This document shows, piece by piece, positions 12,157 to 24,049 of a stretch of 64,000 nt of DNA (position 1 is the first letter of the stretch; each line of letters opens with the position of its first letter). A program made the position numbers and the translations under genes. The notes beneath the pieces were generated by a model, which was not told where the DNA came from, searched no databases, and was given only the letters and a program-made list of their open reading frames with translations. The stretch is from Scyliorhinus canicula. Its lineage: Eukaryota. The stretch is from NCBI RefSeq assembly GCF_902713615.1, contig NC_052158.1, positions 86,498,822 through 86,562,821 on the forward strand. The letters run 5' to 3'.

Positions 12157-13252
12157 ATGGTGGCACAGTGGTCAGCACTGCTGCCTCAACGCTGAAGATC
12201 TGGGGTCGATCCTTGCCCCTGATCACTGTCCGCGTGGAGTGTAGCCACCTGGGGTGGCCTCTGCCCAACACTAAATGGAAGATTACAAGGAATGCAGGGA
12301 AAATGGACATGTTGCAAAAGCAAGCAGCTTGCTTGTGTATTCTGACTGCTGCAGAAACCAGACAGCACAGTGAAAGAAAACAAGTTAGCATACTAATGAG
12401 GCGATACCGGGCGATTCCCAGGTACAATGGAAACAAGTTAACTCAAATCGATACATTGAATAGAAGGCCAGACTTCTCGGCGCCAAGAGAAGTCCAAAAC
12501 AATAAGTCCCAAGAACGCCCAGTTATCGAGGGACTGCTCCGTTATTAGTGAATTCAAATCAATCGATTGGAAAGAGACAAAATCAATTGAGAGTATATAG
12601 AGGGTCCGCCCAGGTGGGCATGAGACCCTGGGAGAGATATAGGACAGAGACGCCGACCCCGGCTCTCTCTCTCTGCCAGCCTCTCCTTGACCAGCTCTCT
12701 TAGCCGGCCCTCCCAGCAGAACATCTTGGCAGCTCTCGAAGAACCTTGAGGAGAGGCCTGGACAGCAGCCGCCATCACGTATGTGTCAAAAACGCACGCT
12801 ACGAGAGCAGACACTCCTGACCCCCTTTAGTCCATAACTACTGGAAGCCTGCGGACCCAGTGCAGAGCAAGAGACCATTGATCCCTGATCCGGCAGTCCC
12901 CTTATCCAGATAAGTATTGGCCTGTTAGTGGTAGGATTAGCCTAGTCTTGTAGTTTTATATGCATGATTAGTAGATAGCTGTATTATAATAAACATGTCT
13001 TGTTTGAACTTACTAACTGGTGTATGGAGTTATTGGTTTGAACTTGTGGCGGTATCTTAACGATACCTGATGACTCTAAAGTTAAGGAATGAAACAGAGC
13101 CAAATTGAGTGTAAAGCACACTCACACAGAACGAGCAACAGGAGTTTGCATCTTTTCCTTGTGTCTGCGCGGGTCTTACCCCCATAACCCAAAGATGTGC
13201 AGGGTAGGTGGATTGGCACGCCAAATTGCCCCTTAATTGAATTTTTTTTTTT
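12157..13252 (+). mobile_element. Family B V-SINE split by a solo LTR
   Basis: 13-bp TSD TAAATGCTGAGAT at 12144-12156 and 13253-13265. The SINE resumes exactly at GGAG|TTTGCA after the LTR. Confidence 0.85.
12240..13140 (+). mobile_element. Solo LTR, 901 bp
   Basis: Termini TGTAGCCA and ACGAGCAACA. 4-bp TSD GGAG at 12236-12239 and 13141-13144. Internal AATAAA near 12988. Confidence 0.88.
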
Positions 13253-14442
13253 TAAATGCTGAGATGTTGCTTCGCCTTGTGGGAGAGATGGGAGGGTATA
13301 ATCTCTCAGTAAGGGGTCGCCTATTTAGGACAGAGGATAGTGAATCCGTGGAATTCTTTACCCTGGAAGGCTGTAGAGGCCGGATTGTTAGCTATGTTCA
13401 AGGCCGAGATAGATTTTTAGTCAGTAAGGGAATTGAGGGTTATGGGGACAAGGCAGAAAAGTGCAGCTGAGGTTTATCACATCAGATCAATCGTGATCTC
13501 ATTGAATGGCAGAGCAGACTCGATGGATCAAATGGCCTACTTGTGCTGCTATGTCTTGTGGTCAAAATAGCTCATGTTTATTGGTAAATTACAAGGATGA
13601 CAACTGCATTGAGCTTTCTGGTGTATACTTCAGTAAAATCCTTCCACCAAAAACATAAAAATACCTTTTTAAGTTCTATGACTTTACCTGTTCAAACATC
13701 CTCCACACCTCAAATAGCAGAAAGTGAATTAATTGTAACCAAATTTAAGTAGCATTTCCATTTGATGGGAGCCCAAGCCATTTACTGTCATGCTCCTAAC
13801 TTATTAGTCACTGAGGTTTTGCAGCAAACTGTTTAGAATGCTAATCATTATACAAAAATATGAATAAGCACAGAATTGCAAGTAGAAACTGGGATTCCAA
13901 AGAGACAATAGGGAATTATCCATGGGTAAATGATAATTGTAGAGATCAGAAATTGTTCACATCTGTCTTTACAATAGAGGATACTGGGGAGCATTTAACT
14001 CTGAATTGACTTGAAGTGGAACCAGTAATGAAAGTAGTCGAACACATTTAAAAATATTAGAAAATGCAGTTAAGCTAAAGGAAGACAGAGTGCCAGGTTC
14101 TCAGGAGATACAAATCCAAGGATCCTCATGAAAATTACTAAAGAATTTCAGGGTCTTATTGAGCGTGGATGTATGCCAGGGAGCTGGAGAATGCCTCCCT
14201 TTTTCAAAAATCTGGCTAACTAGTTAGTCAACCATCTGCAGTTTGGGTGGGGGGGGGGGGCTTCAGAAATCTTGAATTAAAATTAAATTTTGAATACCTA
14301 ATTGAAGAGAAAATTAGAACAGCTCAATTATCATGCTCAAGAATCTGACACGGTTGCTAGATGAGAGATTAAAATACAACAAATTCTATATTGGCACGAT
14401 AGAAATATAGAAACTAAAAGCTCAGAAGTACAGCATACATCG

Positions 14443-14746
14443 ATCACAGAATTCCTACAGTACAAAAGGAGGCCATTCAGCATCAAGTCTGCATCGACCC
14501 TCCAAAAGAAGACCCTACTTGGGCCCACGCCCCCATCCTATCCCCTTAACCCAATAACCCCACCTTTTGGACAGCAAGAGGAGAATGCTAGTGTGGCCAA
14601 TCCATCAAATCTGCATATCTTTGGACTGTGGGAGGAGACCAGAACATCCAGAGGAAACGTACAAAGCTACAGGGAGAACATACAAACTCTATGGGGGCTG
14701 GAATTGAAACTAGGTTCTGGCGCTGTGCTACCGCTGTGCCACCATA
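14443..14746 (-). mobile_element. HE1-like V-SINE
   Basis: Reverse complement of the CR1-like tail, V-domain and a degenerate head. Confidence 0.75.
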
Positions 14747-14826
14747 TCTCTCTCTCTCATTACCCTCCAAACAAAAGGGAAAAAAGTTATTGGATTAGGC
14801 TGAGATCCTCTCGGAATACTCTTGCC

Positions 14827-15521
14827 CAGTGTTCTTCAAAGTTGGGGGCGCGACCCGCTGGTGGGTCGCGGGCGGGTGTCAGGACGGTCGTGGAGCCGTT
14901 GTCCACATCACTCCCGATCGCGCAGCAGCCGGGTTTTCATAATGCTGGCTGCAATGGGCCGCGACCATGTTAAAAACAAAATTTGGTTGCATTGCGCATG
15001 ATGATTGGCAAGCATGCGCAGTGTGGCCTCTATTTTGTTTAAACGGTTGCAGCTTTTTTTTTCACGAGTTCTGCAGTGATTTTTATTCATTTATTTTGTT
15101 CTTTTGATTTTTATTTTCTTTCATTTATTTTATTCATTTTATTTGTTTTACAAGTTTGGGAGGGGTGTTGATTCATTTTTTCTTTTATTTTACTCATTTT
15201 TTTTTTACAAGTTCGGGGTGGGGGTTTATTTGATAAAACTTTACAGGAAAAATATTCAGAACTTTGAACAGATGGAGACTCCATACTTCCGACACAGGAA
15301 GGCTTCATATTCATCCAACAGGTTCCATTAGAGGAGCATGTACGAGGGCCAAAGGGACCCAAAACCATTTCCTCCATTTTTGGCAGCAGCAAACAAGGTA
15401 AGAGAAAATGGTGGGTCACACAGGTCGGCCGGCGTGGGTCGTGAAGGTCAGCTGAGTTGGGTCCCAAAGGTTGGCCGGTTGGTAAAAATGGGTCCCCGGA
15501 AAAAAAGTTTGAAGAACACTG
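14827..15521. mobile_element. hAT (Charlie/Buster-like) MITE, 695 bp
   Basis: TIRs CAGTGTTCTTCAAA and TTTGAAGAACACTG. Perfect 8-bp TSD CTCTTGCC at 14819-14826 and 15522-15529. Confidence 0.9.
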
Positions 15522-15995
15522 CTCTTGCCAACTGACCTGCTGTATTTTTGTAGCATGTTCTGCCTTTATTCAGGCCTGCAGTAGTTCACCGCTTTTCTTA
15601 TTTTCTGTGGCAGTTTGCTGGACTGACATTTCCCCATTAAAATTGTAGCCTCACCATCTCTTAAGATTTTTAAAACTTAATTGGGTTTGTCTTCTCTTCA
15701 GCATGATGTTCTAAAAGCATGCCCCTTTTAGGTGTAAAATGGGAGTCAACAGCATTTCATCATAGTGTTTGCCATGAAAAGATTTTGAGTATTGCTGAAA
15801 AGAGACATTTTGTCAAAGCTTTTCGGCTTGCACTAACCAGGACAATTGCAAAAATACCAATGCCAGGGGAAACAACAGTTTTATACTATATGGCAAGAGT
15901 GTGCTGATTGTTCGGCAAGTGAATTCAAAGGTTTTGCAACTTTGGTTGACAGCTTAATTAAAAAGCATGTGCACCTCCATAAATTGTACTATGTT

Positions 15996-17819
15996 GGACT
16001 TCCGGTGATGGCGGGTGGGAGGCAGTCACATACTGGAGGCCTCCCGCTCGGGAATAGAAATTTTTGGGTTTTAAACGCCCGGTCCTGGGGGCAAAGCTGC
16101 AAGAACGCATCGGGAGGAGAAATGTCCAACTTTGGAAAAGAAACTGCCGTGAAAAAGGGGGTTAATGAAATTCACCCGGCGAGTAGAAAAGTTGGCACAG
16201 GAAATGTAAGGAAAGCAGAGACTAGGGCACTAGGGGTGGCCGCATTGCTCACAGCAGTAAAAATTACCAAGGTGATGGCTGTGGAACTTGAAAAACAGTT
16301 CACAAAAGCACATGGAAGCGTTGGAGGAGATGGGGGCGGTATTGAAAGTGCTGGTGGAGAGGCGATTGCCCCAGTGCGGGCAGCGGTATCAAGCGCAGTG
16401 GCGGAGGTGCGGGAGCAAGGCGAGACACTGAAGGAAGTGGAAGAGGCATTATCGCAGCAGAGTGATCAACTCACCTCGATGGGGAAGGAGTTGTGCAAGG
16501 TGATAGAGACCAACAAGGGTCTGCAAGCCAAAATGGAAGACATGGAAAACAGATCCAGGTGGCAGAATCTGAGGATTGTGGGTCTGCCCGAAGGGGTGGA
16601 AGGCCCGAGGCCGACGGAGTATTTTGCCATGATGTTGGCGAAGCTATTGGGGGAGGGGGACGAACCCTCTCGATACGAACTGGATCGGGCTCATCGGTCG
16701 TGGAGATCTATACCAAAGGCGAGTGAGCTGCCAAGAGTAGTAAATGTGTGTTTCCACAGGTACAGCGTGAAGGAGAAGGTCCTTTGCTGGGCAAAGCAGA
16801 AGCAGGTGGTGCAGTGGGTTGGAGCTAGTATATGCATATACCAGGACTTTACGGTGGAGCTGGCGAGGAGGCGGGCTGCCTTCAGCTGGGTGAAGAAGAC
16901 ACTGTACATCAGCTAGGTGCAGTGCGGCATAGTATATCCAGCTAAGTTGAGGGTGACCTACAAATCCAAGGACTTTTATTTTCGAACAGCGGAAGCAGAG
17001 GAGGAGTTTGCAAAGGCAGAAGGACTGTGGCAGAATTGAGAAATAGGACGGAGAGCGGGTCATGTACCGATGTAGCCTCATGTAAGTTTATTTTTTCACT
17101 GGGTATTGGTGTATTTGGTGTATGTAATATATGAGTCGACGCTATATATTTGGACAAGGGAAGAGTCGGGACTTTCATTTGCAATGATGTTTCTTTGGGG
17201 CTTGGGTGTTTATGTTGGTGTTGTGTGCTAAAGGGGATTTCTTGGTTTTCCTGGGACCGGGCAAGGGAGGAGGAGACCTGGGCGGGGCCTCCATGCTGAC
17301 GGTTTAAGCCGGCCAGTGAACGGGAGTGAGATGGGGGGGGGGAGGGGCGCTGCAGCCATCGGAGTCTGGTAGAACAGGTTTCGGTGAGTCTAGCGCGGGT
17401 GAAAAGTTGGGGCAAGGAACCGAGGTTGGGGAGAGGAGTTTACAAGAGGAAATGGAGGGGAGGAGTCTGGGAGGGGGGGTGGAGGGGTGTCTATAATTCA
17501 TGGGTGTCATTCGCGGTACTCTTTTGGGAATTGGATGGCGTTGAATATTAGAGGGGGGGGGAGAAGAGGGAGGGGTGGACTATATATGTCAATGGTGACC
17601 ATAGGCGATTCTGGATTCCTTTTTCTTTTTTCCCCTCCTTGGGAGGTTTTGTCCTATTTGATGCTTATATTGTCATGCAGGCCGTTGTTTGGGGGGTGGT
17701 GGAAGGATGGGATCGTTGTTGTTAATAAGGGGATTGACATTGTATTTGTTATCGTTTACCATTTGAATGGTAAATTCTGAAGAAAACGTGTAAACTGAGA
17801 ATAAAAATGTAAAAAATAA
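15996..17819 (+). mobile_element. Full-length ORF1-only L1-related retroelement (HAL1-like)
   Basis: 5' GGACTTCCGGTGATGGCGG, then ORF1, a G-rich 3' UTR, AATAAA and an A-rich tail. 15-bp TSD AAATTGTACTATGTT at 15981-15995 and 17820-17834. No ORF2 between the TSDs. Confidence 0.85.
16122..17039 (+). pseudogene. L1 ORF1p (coiled coil, RRM, CTD; Transposase_22-like), disrupted
   Basis: Motifs EDMENRSRWQNLRIVGLPEG, ELDRAHR, IYQDFT and YPAKLRV. Premature TAG at 16914-16916 and a compensating frameshift pair near 16305-16360. Confidence 0.85.
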
Positions 17820-18180
17820 AAATTGTACTATGTTATTTGGGGTAAAAAAGTATCTCAACTTCTATTCTTTCTCTGTGCCGTGCAGTTGTCCATGTTCTAG
17901 GACGACCTCGGACATCAGCAAGTACCTGCTAATGGGACATTTATTGACGACTTCGGATCTCAAAAGCCAACTTTCTCCTCCTGCGGGTAAGGTGCCTAAT
18001 CTGTGCGAGATACCTCTTCACAAAACTTCCTGAAAAACTTTATATGCCATTTAATAGATTTTTGTTTGTGACACATGTTCAAAGATTTAGCAGAAACCAT
18101 ATTGCACATCCTCTTTGCCCACTGTGTTTTAAAAAAATATCCTTTCATGGAATGTAAATGTCACTGGCAAGGCCAGCATT

Positions 18181-18367
18181 TGAAATGAAATGAAATGAAA
18201 ATTGCTTATTGTCACAAGTAGGCTTCAAACGAAGTTGCTATGAAAAGCCCCTAGTTGCCACATTCCAGCACCTGTTCAGGGAGGCTGGTACAGGAATTGA
18301 GCCCGCGCTGCTGGCCTTGGTCTGCTTTATAAGCCAGATATTTAGCCCACTGTGCTAAACCAGCCCC
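18181..18367 (-). mobile_element. SINE family C, (CATTT)n tail
   Basis: (GAAAT)n then TTGTCACAAGTAGGCTTCAA..GCTAAACCAGCCCC. Confidence 0.85.
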
Positions 18368-18521
18368 TTTGTTGCTCATCTGGAATCATGGAGAAGATGA
18401 TGGTGAGTCTCCTTCTTGAACTGCTGCAGTCCAGCTTCTGTAAGTATACTCAAAATACGACCAGAGGAGTTTTTCATGTGCATGCATAACGCATGATTTA
18501 AGCTACTTTTACGTTGGTCTT

Positions 18522-18908
18522 CGTCATGATATGCAGACATGCACATAATGAGATACAAACAGGCAGCTAATGAATAAAGAGAACAGGACATAACCAATCA
18601 GCAGGCAGAACACTTGGGGGTGGTTTCCCACTATAAAAGGCGCGAGGTACTCACACTCCGCCTCTTTCCACTGGTGACATCTACAGTGAGAGTCAGGGTG
18701 TACATATATACACGTGGCTAAGAGCTAGTCTGGCTCAGTCAGACAGTTTAATTACACTAGGTTAGCAGAGAGTCAAACTCAGAGGATTAAGCTAACTGTG
18801 TGACAGGTTCAATAAATCACATTGAACTAACTTCAAGGTGTGGAGTATCTCTCAGGTAAAGCTGCATCCAGTTGCAGCCCGTGTTATCTTACTGTGCTTA
18901 ACGTGACA
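18522..18908 (+). mobile_element. Gypsy-like solo LTR, 387 bp
   Basis: Inverted termini (C)GTCATG and CGTGACA. Internal CCAAT, TATAAAA and AATAAA in order. 5-bp TSD GTCTT/GTCCT. Confidence 0.75.
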
Positions 18909-20255
18909 GTCCTAGAGGAGTGCTTGTGTCACCCTTTTGATATATTCAGTAGTAAATCCAAAGTAACTTCATGTTAGCTGTTGTGTTGACACGTATTTTT
19001 GAAAAACAAATAAAACACCCCCTTGTCACTGAAACTCTTGTACATGTCTCTGATACCTCCATTTCTTAAAATACATTTAGGGTACCCAATTATTACTTCT
19101 TTTCCAATTAAGGGGCAGTTTAGCGTGGACAATCCATATACAAGTAATGCTTACTTGAGCTTGGTATTGGAGAACCTGGTATCAATGAGGAGCAAATTGT
19201 TTCACAAAAAGAGGGAAGGAGATAAAATTGGTGAGAAGAAATGTTGCAAGATAAATCGCTTTCCCAACATGTTCAATCATTTCATCTTCCTGGAAAGCGG
19301 GTTGAGCAGTCTTCTTCAAACTTTTGGGAAGAAGGACCAACACTGCAGGTAAGGACTTTAGAAGCTTACATCACCACCTCTACAGGAATGATTAATTGGA
19401 ACAAAATGAAATAGAGATGTTGCTTACATTTCAATCTTGCACTATTTATTACTTAATTTTAAATTTGCTAGTTGCAACATGGCTGGTGTTAGATATAAAG
19501 TCACTTGCAAGCAGAGCTGCATTTCACTTTATTATGATAAATTTGCTGGCCTCGAGGCACTCGCATAAAACAACTGCAACAGTTCATTAGCCTCGAAATT
19601 ATCAGGAGCAGTTCCCCGATGGAATAAATACTATGATTGAACTTCTGTGGTGCTGGCATATTCCGGGGTCAAAAATCCACATCACCACATCCACCAGACT
19701 AAAGCTGGATGGAAATAAATGGCAACAGCTTTTCCAAACGTGTGAATTAGACATGTAATTTTGCATTTTATTGTTGGAGTCAAAATAACTACAAATTTGT
19801 GTTTGTCAGGGCTTGACCTTCACTATTATTCAGCAAAAGCGCTTAAAGAAATCACTTCATTTTCTAATAGACTGGTTTAAACAGAAGTCCCAGATTTATA
19901 AATACTATTAGTTTAAAGGAGCACGTGATCCAGGTTGGCTGAACATATCACATTACGGCTAAAATAATTACACCAGCATCTCACCTTTATTTTAAATTGT
20001 ACTGGTATCCTTCCATCTCCAAAAGTTGATGGACGCACAACGAACAATTCCTTTCAGATGGGTCACCTTCATATGGGGCACATTTGCTGATGATTGAAGA
20101 GGCCAATCCCTGGGCAGGCCGGACTACCAAGTGTCACTGTGGGTTGTTGTTTTCCCCGTTGCCATCTGGTGTCAAGCAGCTGTAGCCAGTGCTTTTAATT
20201 CAATACATTTAAAAAGGATGGTAGCATGTAATATTGATAACAAGAACCATCACAA

Positions 20256-20453
20256 CCGGTGGGACTGTGGCACAGTGGTTAAGTGCTTCTGCCTCACGGC
20301 TCTGGGTCACTCTCCATGTGGAGTTTGCACATTCTGCCTATTTTTGAGTGGGTTTCATCCCTGCAACCCAAAGATGTACAGGGTAGGTGGATTGGTCATG
20401 CTAAATTACCCCTTAAGAGGAAAAAAGAACTGGGTGCTCTAAAATTTAAAATA
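20256..20453 (+). mobile_element. Family B V-SINE (internally deleted)
   Basis: Head and V-domain, tail CTGGGTGCTCTAAAATTT, TSD AACCATCACAACC on both sides. Confidence 0.75.
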
Positions 20454-20754
20454 AACCATCACAACCACACTTGAGAAATGTAACTGGGCGTCCCTGAACA
20501 CTCCCAATAGAGTTGAAAGCATACCTGTTGAGATGGTGTTGGCTGGTTCCTAACAACTAGGGATGCTCCAACTTTGATCTCTGGTCAGTATGGAATTAAC
20601 TGATATTTTCCAGAATGATGAAAGCAGCATTAGAATTAACAGAGGTCATATTGGGTTAAGGACCCAGAAACATGCTTCAGCTCTCATTCCTGACTGCTAT
20701 TCAATAACCCTTCTTAGAAGTGCCTGTGGGTATCAGGCAACGACAGGATCGCAC

Positions 20755-20882
20755 CCACGACATAAGATCATTGACCTGAAACTTAACCCTTTTTCTCTCG
20801 ACAAATGCTGACTGAACCGCTGAGCATCGAGCATTTTCTAGTTCCATTTCAGATTTCCAGTGTCCACAGCATTTTGCTGTTG
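20755..20882 (+). mobile_element. Decayed Penelope pLTR fragment
   Basis: GACCTGAAAC.TAAC..TCTCTC..ACAAATGCTG..CGCTGAG..CAGATTTCCAG resembles the 25789-26022 element. Confidence 0.5.
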
Positions 20883-21887
20883 GATTGGGCTTGTTCTTAA
20901 TGTCTTATTTTCAAGGTTCGCATCTCCACTTTCACCCTTAATACAAACTACAAGTTTATTTTCCCATTTCCAGTTTACATTCCTTTCTTTCTAGTTCTAT
21001 TTTATTGCTTTGTGTAATTCACCCTGCTCCAGTCATCTTTGCATAAAAGGCTCTAATACTAGTACTAGCCTCAATCTGGAAATATTTGGGTTTTTGATCG
21101 CCCTTTTTGACCTTGAAGGGTATTACTTACATTGCATCCATAAGTATTTTCTTTAGTAGGGAGCACTTGATGGATTAGCTGACATAAGAACAGTCTTCAC
21201 ACTATTCTACCAACTTCTTTCTCATCCTTTCACAGTTAGCCTACTGAATATCCAAAAAATAAACTATTTACAATCCATTTATCTTCCATTTAAACAACTT
21301 TAGTTTAGTAATACCCAATACATAGTTTAGGCGTTTTGGGCTGTACACACATTAAATCACCCTGCAGTAATCATTACATCACTATGTTGTGAGCTGCTCT
21401 GGAGGAATGTTCTTGAATTCTCTGGCTCTTTTTCAGTACTGAATGAGATATGGCTAAGGCAAGCCAGCACTTTGTTAACAGCCTAAAATGTTGTACTAAG
21501 CAGCTTTCAGACTACTCCAAGAAAAAGCTTTACAGGAATCAACAAGTTAATTCAGATGGCAGCCGGTTTATGAGGTTGCGGTGTGTAGTCGGCACATGGC
21601 ATAAACATTCCATTTATAGGGCAACCAGGCCATAGAGTAAAAACTTCTTTTGTACGCATCCCGTTCAGACAGGCAGCATACATTTTTAAATTGGTAATCA
21701 AAGACAAATGTGCATTGGACAAGTAAATGGATTAAGATCAACATTTTTGCAGTGGAGTTAAATTAAGTAGAAACTCTCTTGGACCTAGAGGCCAAGAATT
21801 TAATGTTAAAAGTTAAGATCTCACAAAGTGCTCTTATTTTACATCAGGCACTTATTTTAGAAAGGAACACAAATTAGGGAACTGTAT

Positions 21888-22104
21888 TTTTTTAAAATAA
21901 ATTTAGAGTACCCAATTAATTTTTTCAAATTAAGGGGCAATTTAGCATGTTCAATCCATCTAACCTGCACATCTTTGGGTTGTGGGGGCGAAACCCACGC
22001 AAACATGGGAAGAATGTGCAAACTCCACACAGAGTGACCTAGAGCCGGGATCGAACCTGGGCCCTGTGAGACTGCAGTGCTACTACTGCGCCACCGTGCT
22101 GACC
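21888..22104 (-). mobile_element. Family B V-SINE
   Basis: AATTTAGAGTACCCAATT tail through CCACCGTGCTG head, read as reverse complement. Confidence 0.8.
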
Positions 22105-22149
22105 CGAGACCACCATGCTGACCCGAGACCACCGTGCTGACCCGAGACC
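22091..22149. repeat. 19-bp tandem repeat x3 at a SINE 5' junction
   Basis: CCACC(G/A)TGCTGACCCGAGA occurs three times. Confidence 0.85.
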
Positions 22150-22630
22150 TGTGTTTTTAACTGACAGATCACATTTAACAAATTAGGTCATTGATCTACT
22201 TGCTTTGGCAGCTAATTTCTTACATAAACTGGTATAAAGCTAAATTTATCATATTAACTGCAAGTGAATAGGGCAAGAATCAACATAATTGTATTAAAAG
22301 CTAGTTTAAATAACCACAGTGGTTAGTCATGTGATAGTCAGTGGGTGGCATGCACACTATTAAGGAAATAAGTCAGGTTGGAGTGTGAGGGGCAAAATGC
22401 ATCCCGTGTCCAGAAATTTGAATGATCTAAAACCAGTCATTAAGGTCCAATTCTGGGAGGTCTATATGTATGATTTGATATGCTTATCCCAACAACAAAG
22501 TCAAAGTCAGAGACCCAGTTTGCTGTAGGGCTATGACTCTACTAGTAGCTTTATGAAAGCTGAATTCTAGCAGCAGAGGGAACAACTGTGAAAAGATCTC
22601 ACCAAGGCCATTGAAGAAGCGGTGACGGCT

Positions 22631-23398
22631 AACTTCCGGTGACGGCGGGCGGGAGGCAGCCGCGCATTGGAGGGCTCCCATTCTGGAACGGCATCGTCGG
22701 GGATTGACGCCCGGTCCTAGGGGCAGTGAAGGCAGTGAAGGCCAGGAGAAAGCACAGGGAAGGGAAATGTCGAGGCCCAGTAAGAAAATGGCTGTGAAAA
22801 CAGCTGAAAGTTCATCGGGGAGTAGAAAGGTCACTACGGGGTCACCAAGGAAAATGGAGGCTGGAGCACCAGGGGAGGCCACATTGCTTACAGCTGAAGA
22901 AATAACTAAGGTGGTGGCTGCGGAATTCGAAAGGCAGTTTACAAAATCCATGGAGACAATGAGGAAGGAGATGAGGGAGGCTTTGAGTTTGCTGGTGGAG
23001 GAGGCGATTTCCCCAGTGACGACGGCCTTGGCGAGTGTAGTGGCGGAGGTGCGGGAGCAAGGGGAGGCACTGAAGGACGTGGAGGAGACATTATTGCAGC
23101 ATGGTGATCAACTTACGTCGATGGGCAAGGAGATGCGGAAGGTGCTGGAGATTAATAAGGATCTGCAAGGAAAAATGGAAGACCTGGAAAACAGATCCAG
23201 GTGACAGAATTTGAGAATTGTGGGGCTGCTCGAAGGACTTGAAGGGCCGAGACCCACTGAGTATTTTGCTGCGATGCTGGCGAAACTATTGGGGGAGGGG
23301 GAGGGGGAGGATCCCTCCCGATACGAACTGGATCGGGCTCATCGGTCGTGGAGGCCTGTACCAAAGACGAGTGAGCCGGTGGAAGAGAGTGAGCGTGT

Positions 23399-23438
<40 letters not shown>

Positions 23439-23709
23439 GAAGAGAGGAGTAAACTCTATGGTGACCATGGGCGGTCCCGGACTCCTTTTTTCTTTTTCTC
23501 CTTTGTTTTTTGTTTCCAGCATGGGAGGGTTTGTTTTATTGGATGCATATATTGACAGGAGGGTCGTTGTTTGGGGTGGTGGGAGGATGGGATCGTTGTT
23601 ATTGTTAAGGGGATTGATTTTGTATGTGTTACCGTTTACTGTCTGTGGGTGGGGTGTAAATTTTGAAGGAAAATGTGAAAATGGAGAATTTAAAATATTT
23701 ATTAAAAAA
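22631..23709 (+). mobile_element. Second ORF1-only L1-related copy with an internal deletion
   Basis: Same ACTTCCGGTGA.GGCGGG 5' end, ORF1 (EDLENRSR*QNLRIVGL, ELDRAHR) and 3' UTR as 15996-17819. Jumps from the RRM into the 3' UTR near a ~39-nt G run. Confidence 0.8.
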
Positions 23710-24049
23710 TGACTACTAGTAAGAAAATGGAAGACGGAAAGAAAGCGGAATTCGGTGCTGGCTCTCAACAGTCTCAGGAATCTAACAAAATCAAGCACCG
23801 CCATTAAAAAAAAAAGTTTAAAACTGCAAGCTGGTTGACAGAACAGTTGTGCTCTTTCATGATTTCTGGGGTGAAAATATCTGCGAGAACTGCCCTGTTA
23901 TTCTTCCAATGACTCCATGGCATTTTCCGGAACACCCGAGAGGGAAGACAAACTCTCTGTTCAGCTTACATCACAGTCATGACCACTACCCCTAAAATGT
24001 ATTGGGAAGTGGGACATTTGAGCTTTTTGTTTAAAAAAAAAAGCACAAA

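Larger units (their letters stand above)
6395..13565 (+). mobile_element. Decayed CR1 LINE (APE endonuclease, RT, 3' UTR) fragmented by many nested insertions
   Basis: Collinear remnants WELNIQGY, TLVGVIYR, GPDVLHPRILKEVA, SCLTNLLECFE..VDVIYLAFQIAFDK and FADDTK. The CR1 3' UTR (ATTGAATGGCAGAGCAGACTCGATGG..AATGGCCTAC) lies at ~13490-13563. Confidence 0.85.

Noticed and set aside
15846-16916. 356-aa ORF as an intact gene
   Set aside because: The N-terminus is flank and 5' UTR read-through. The real ORF1 starts at 16122 and is disrupted.
22091-22149. CRISPR-like direct repeats
   Set aside because: No spacers, no cas genes, and a vertebrate context.
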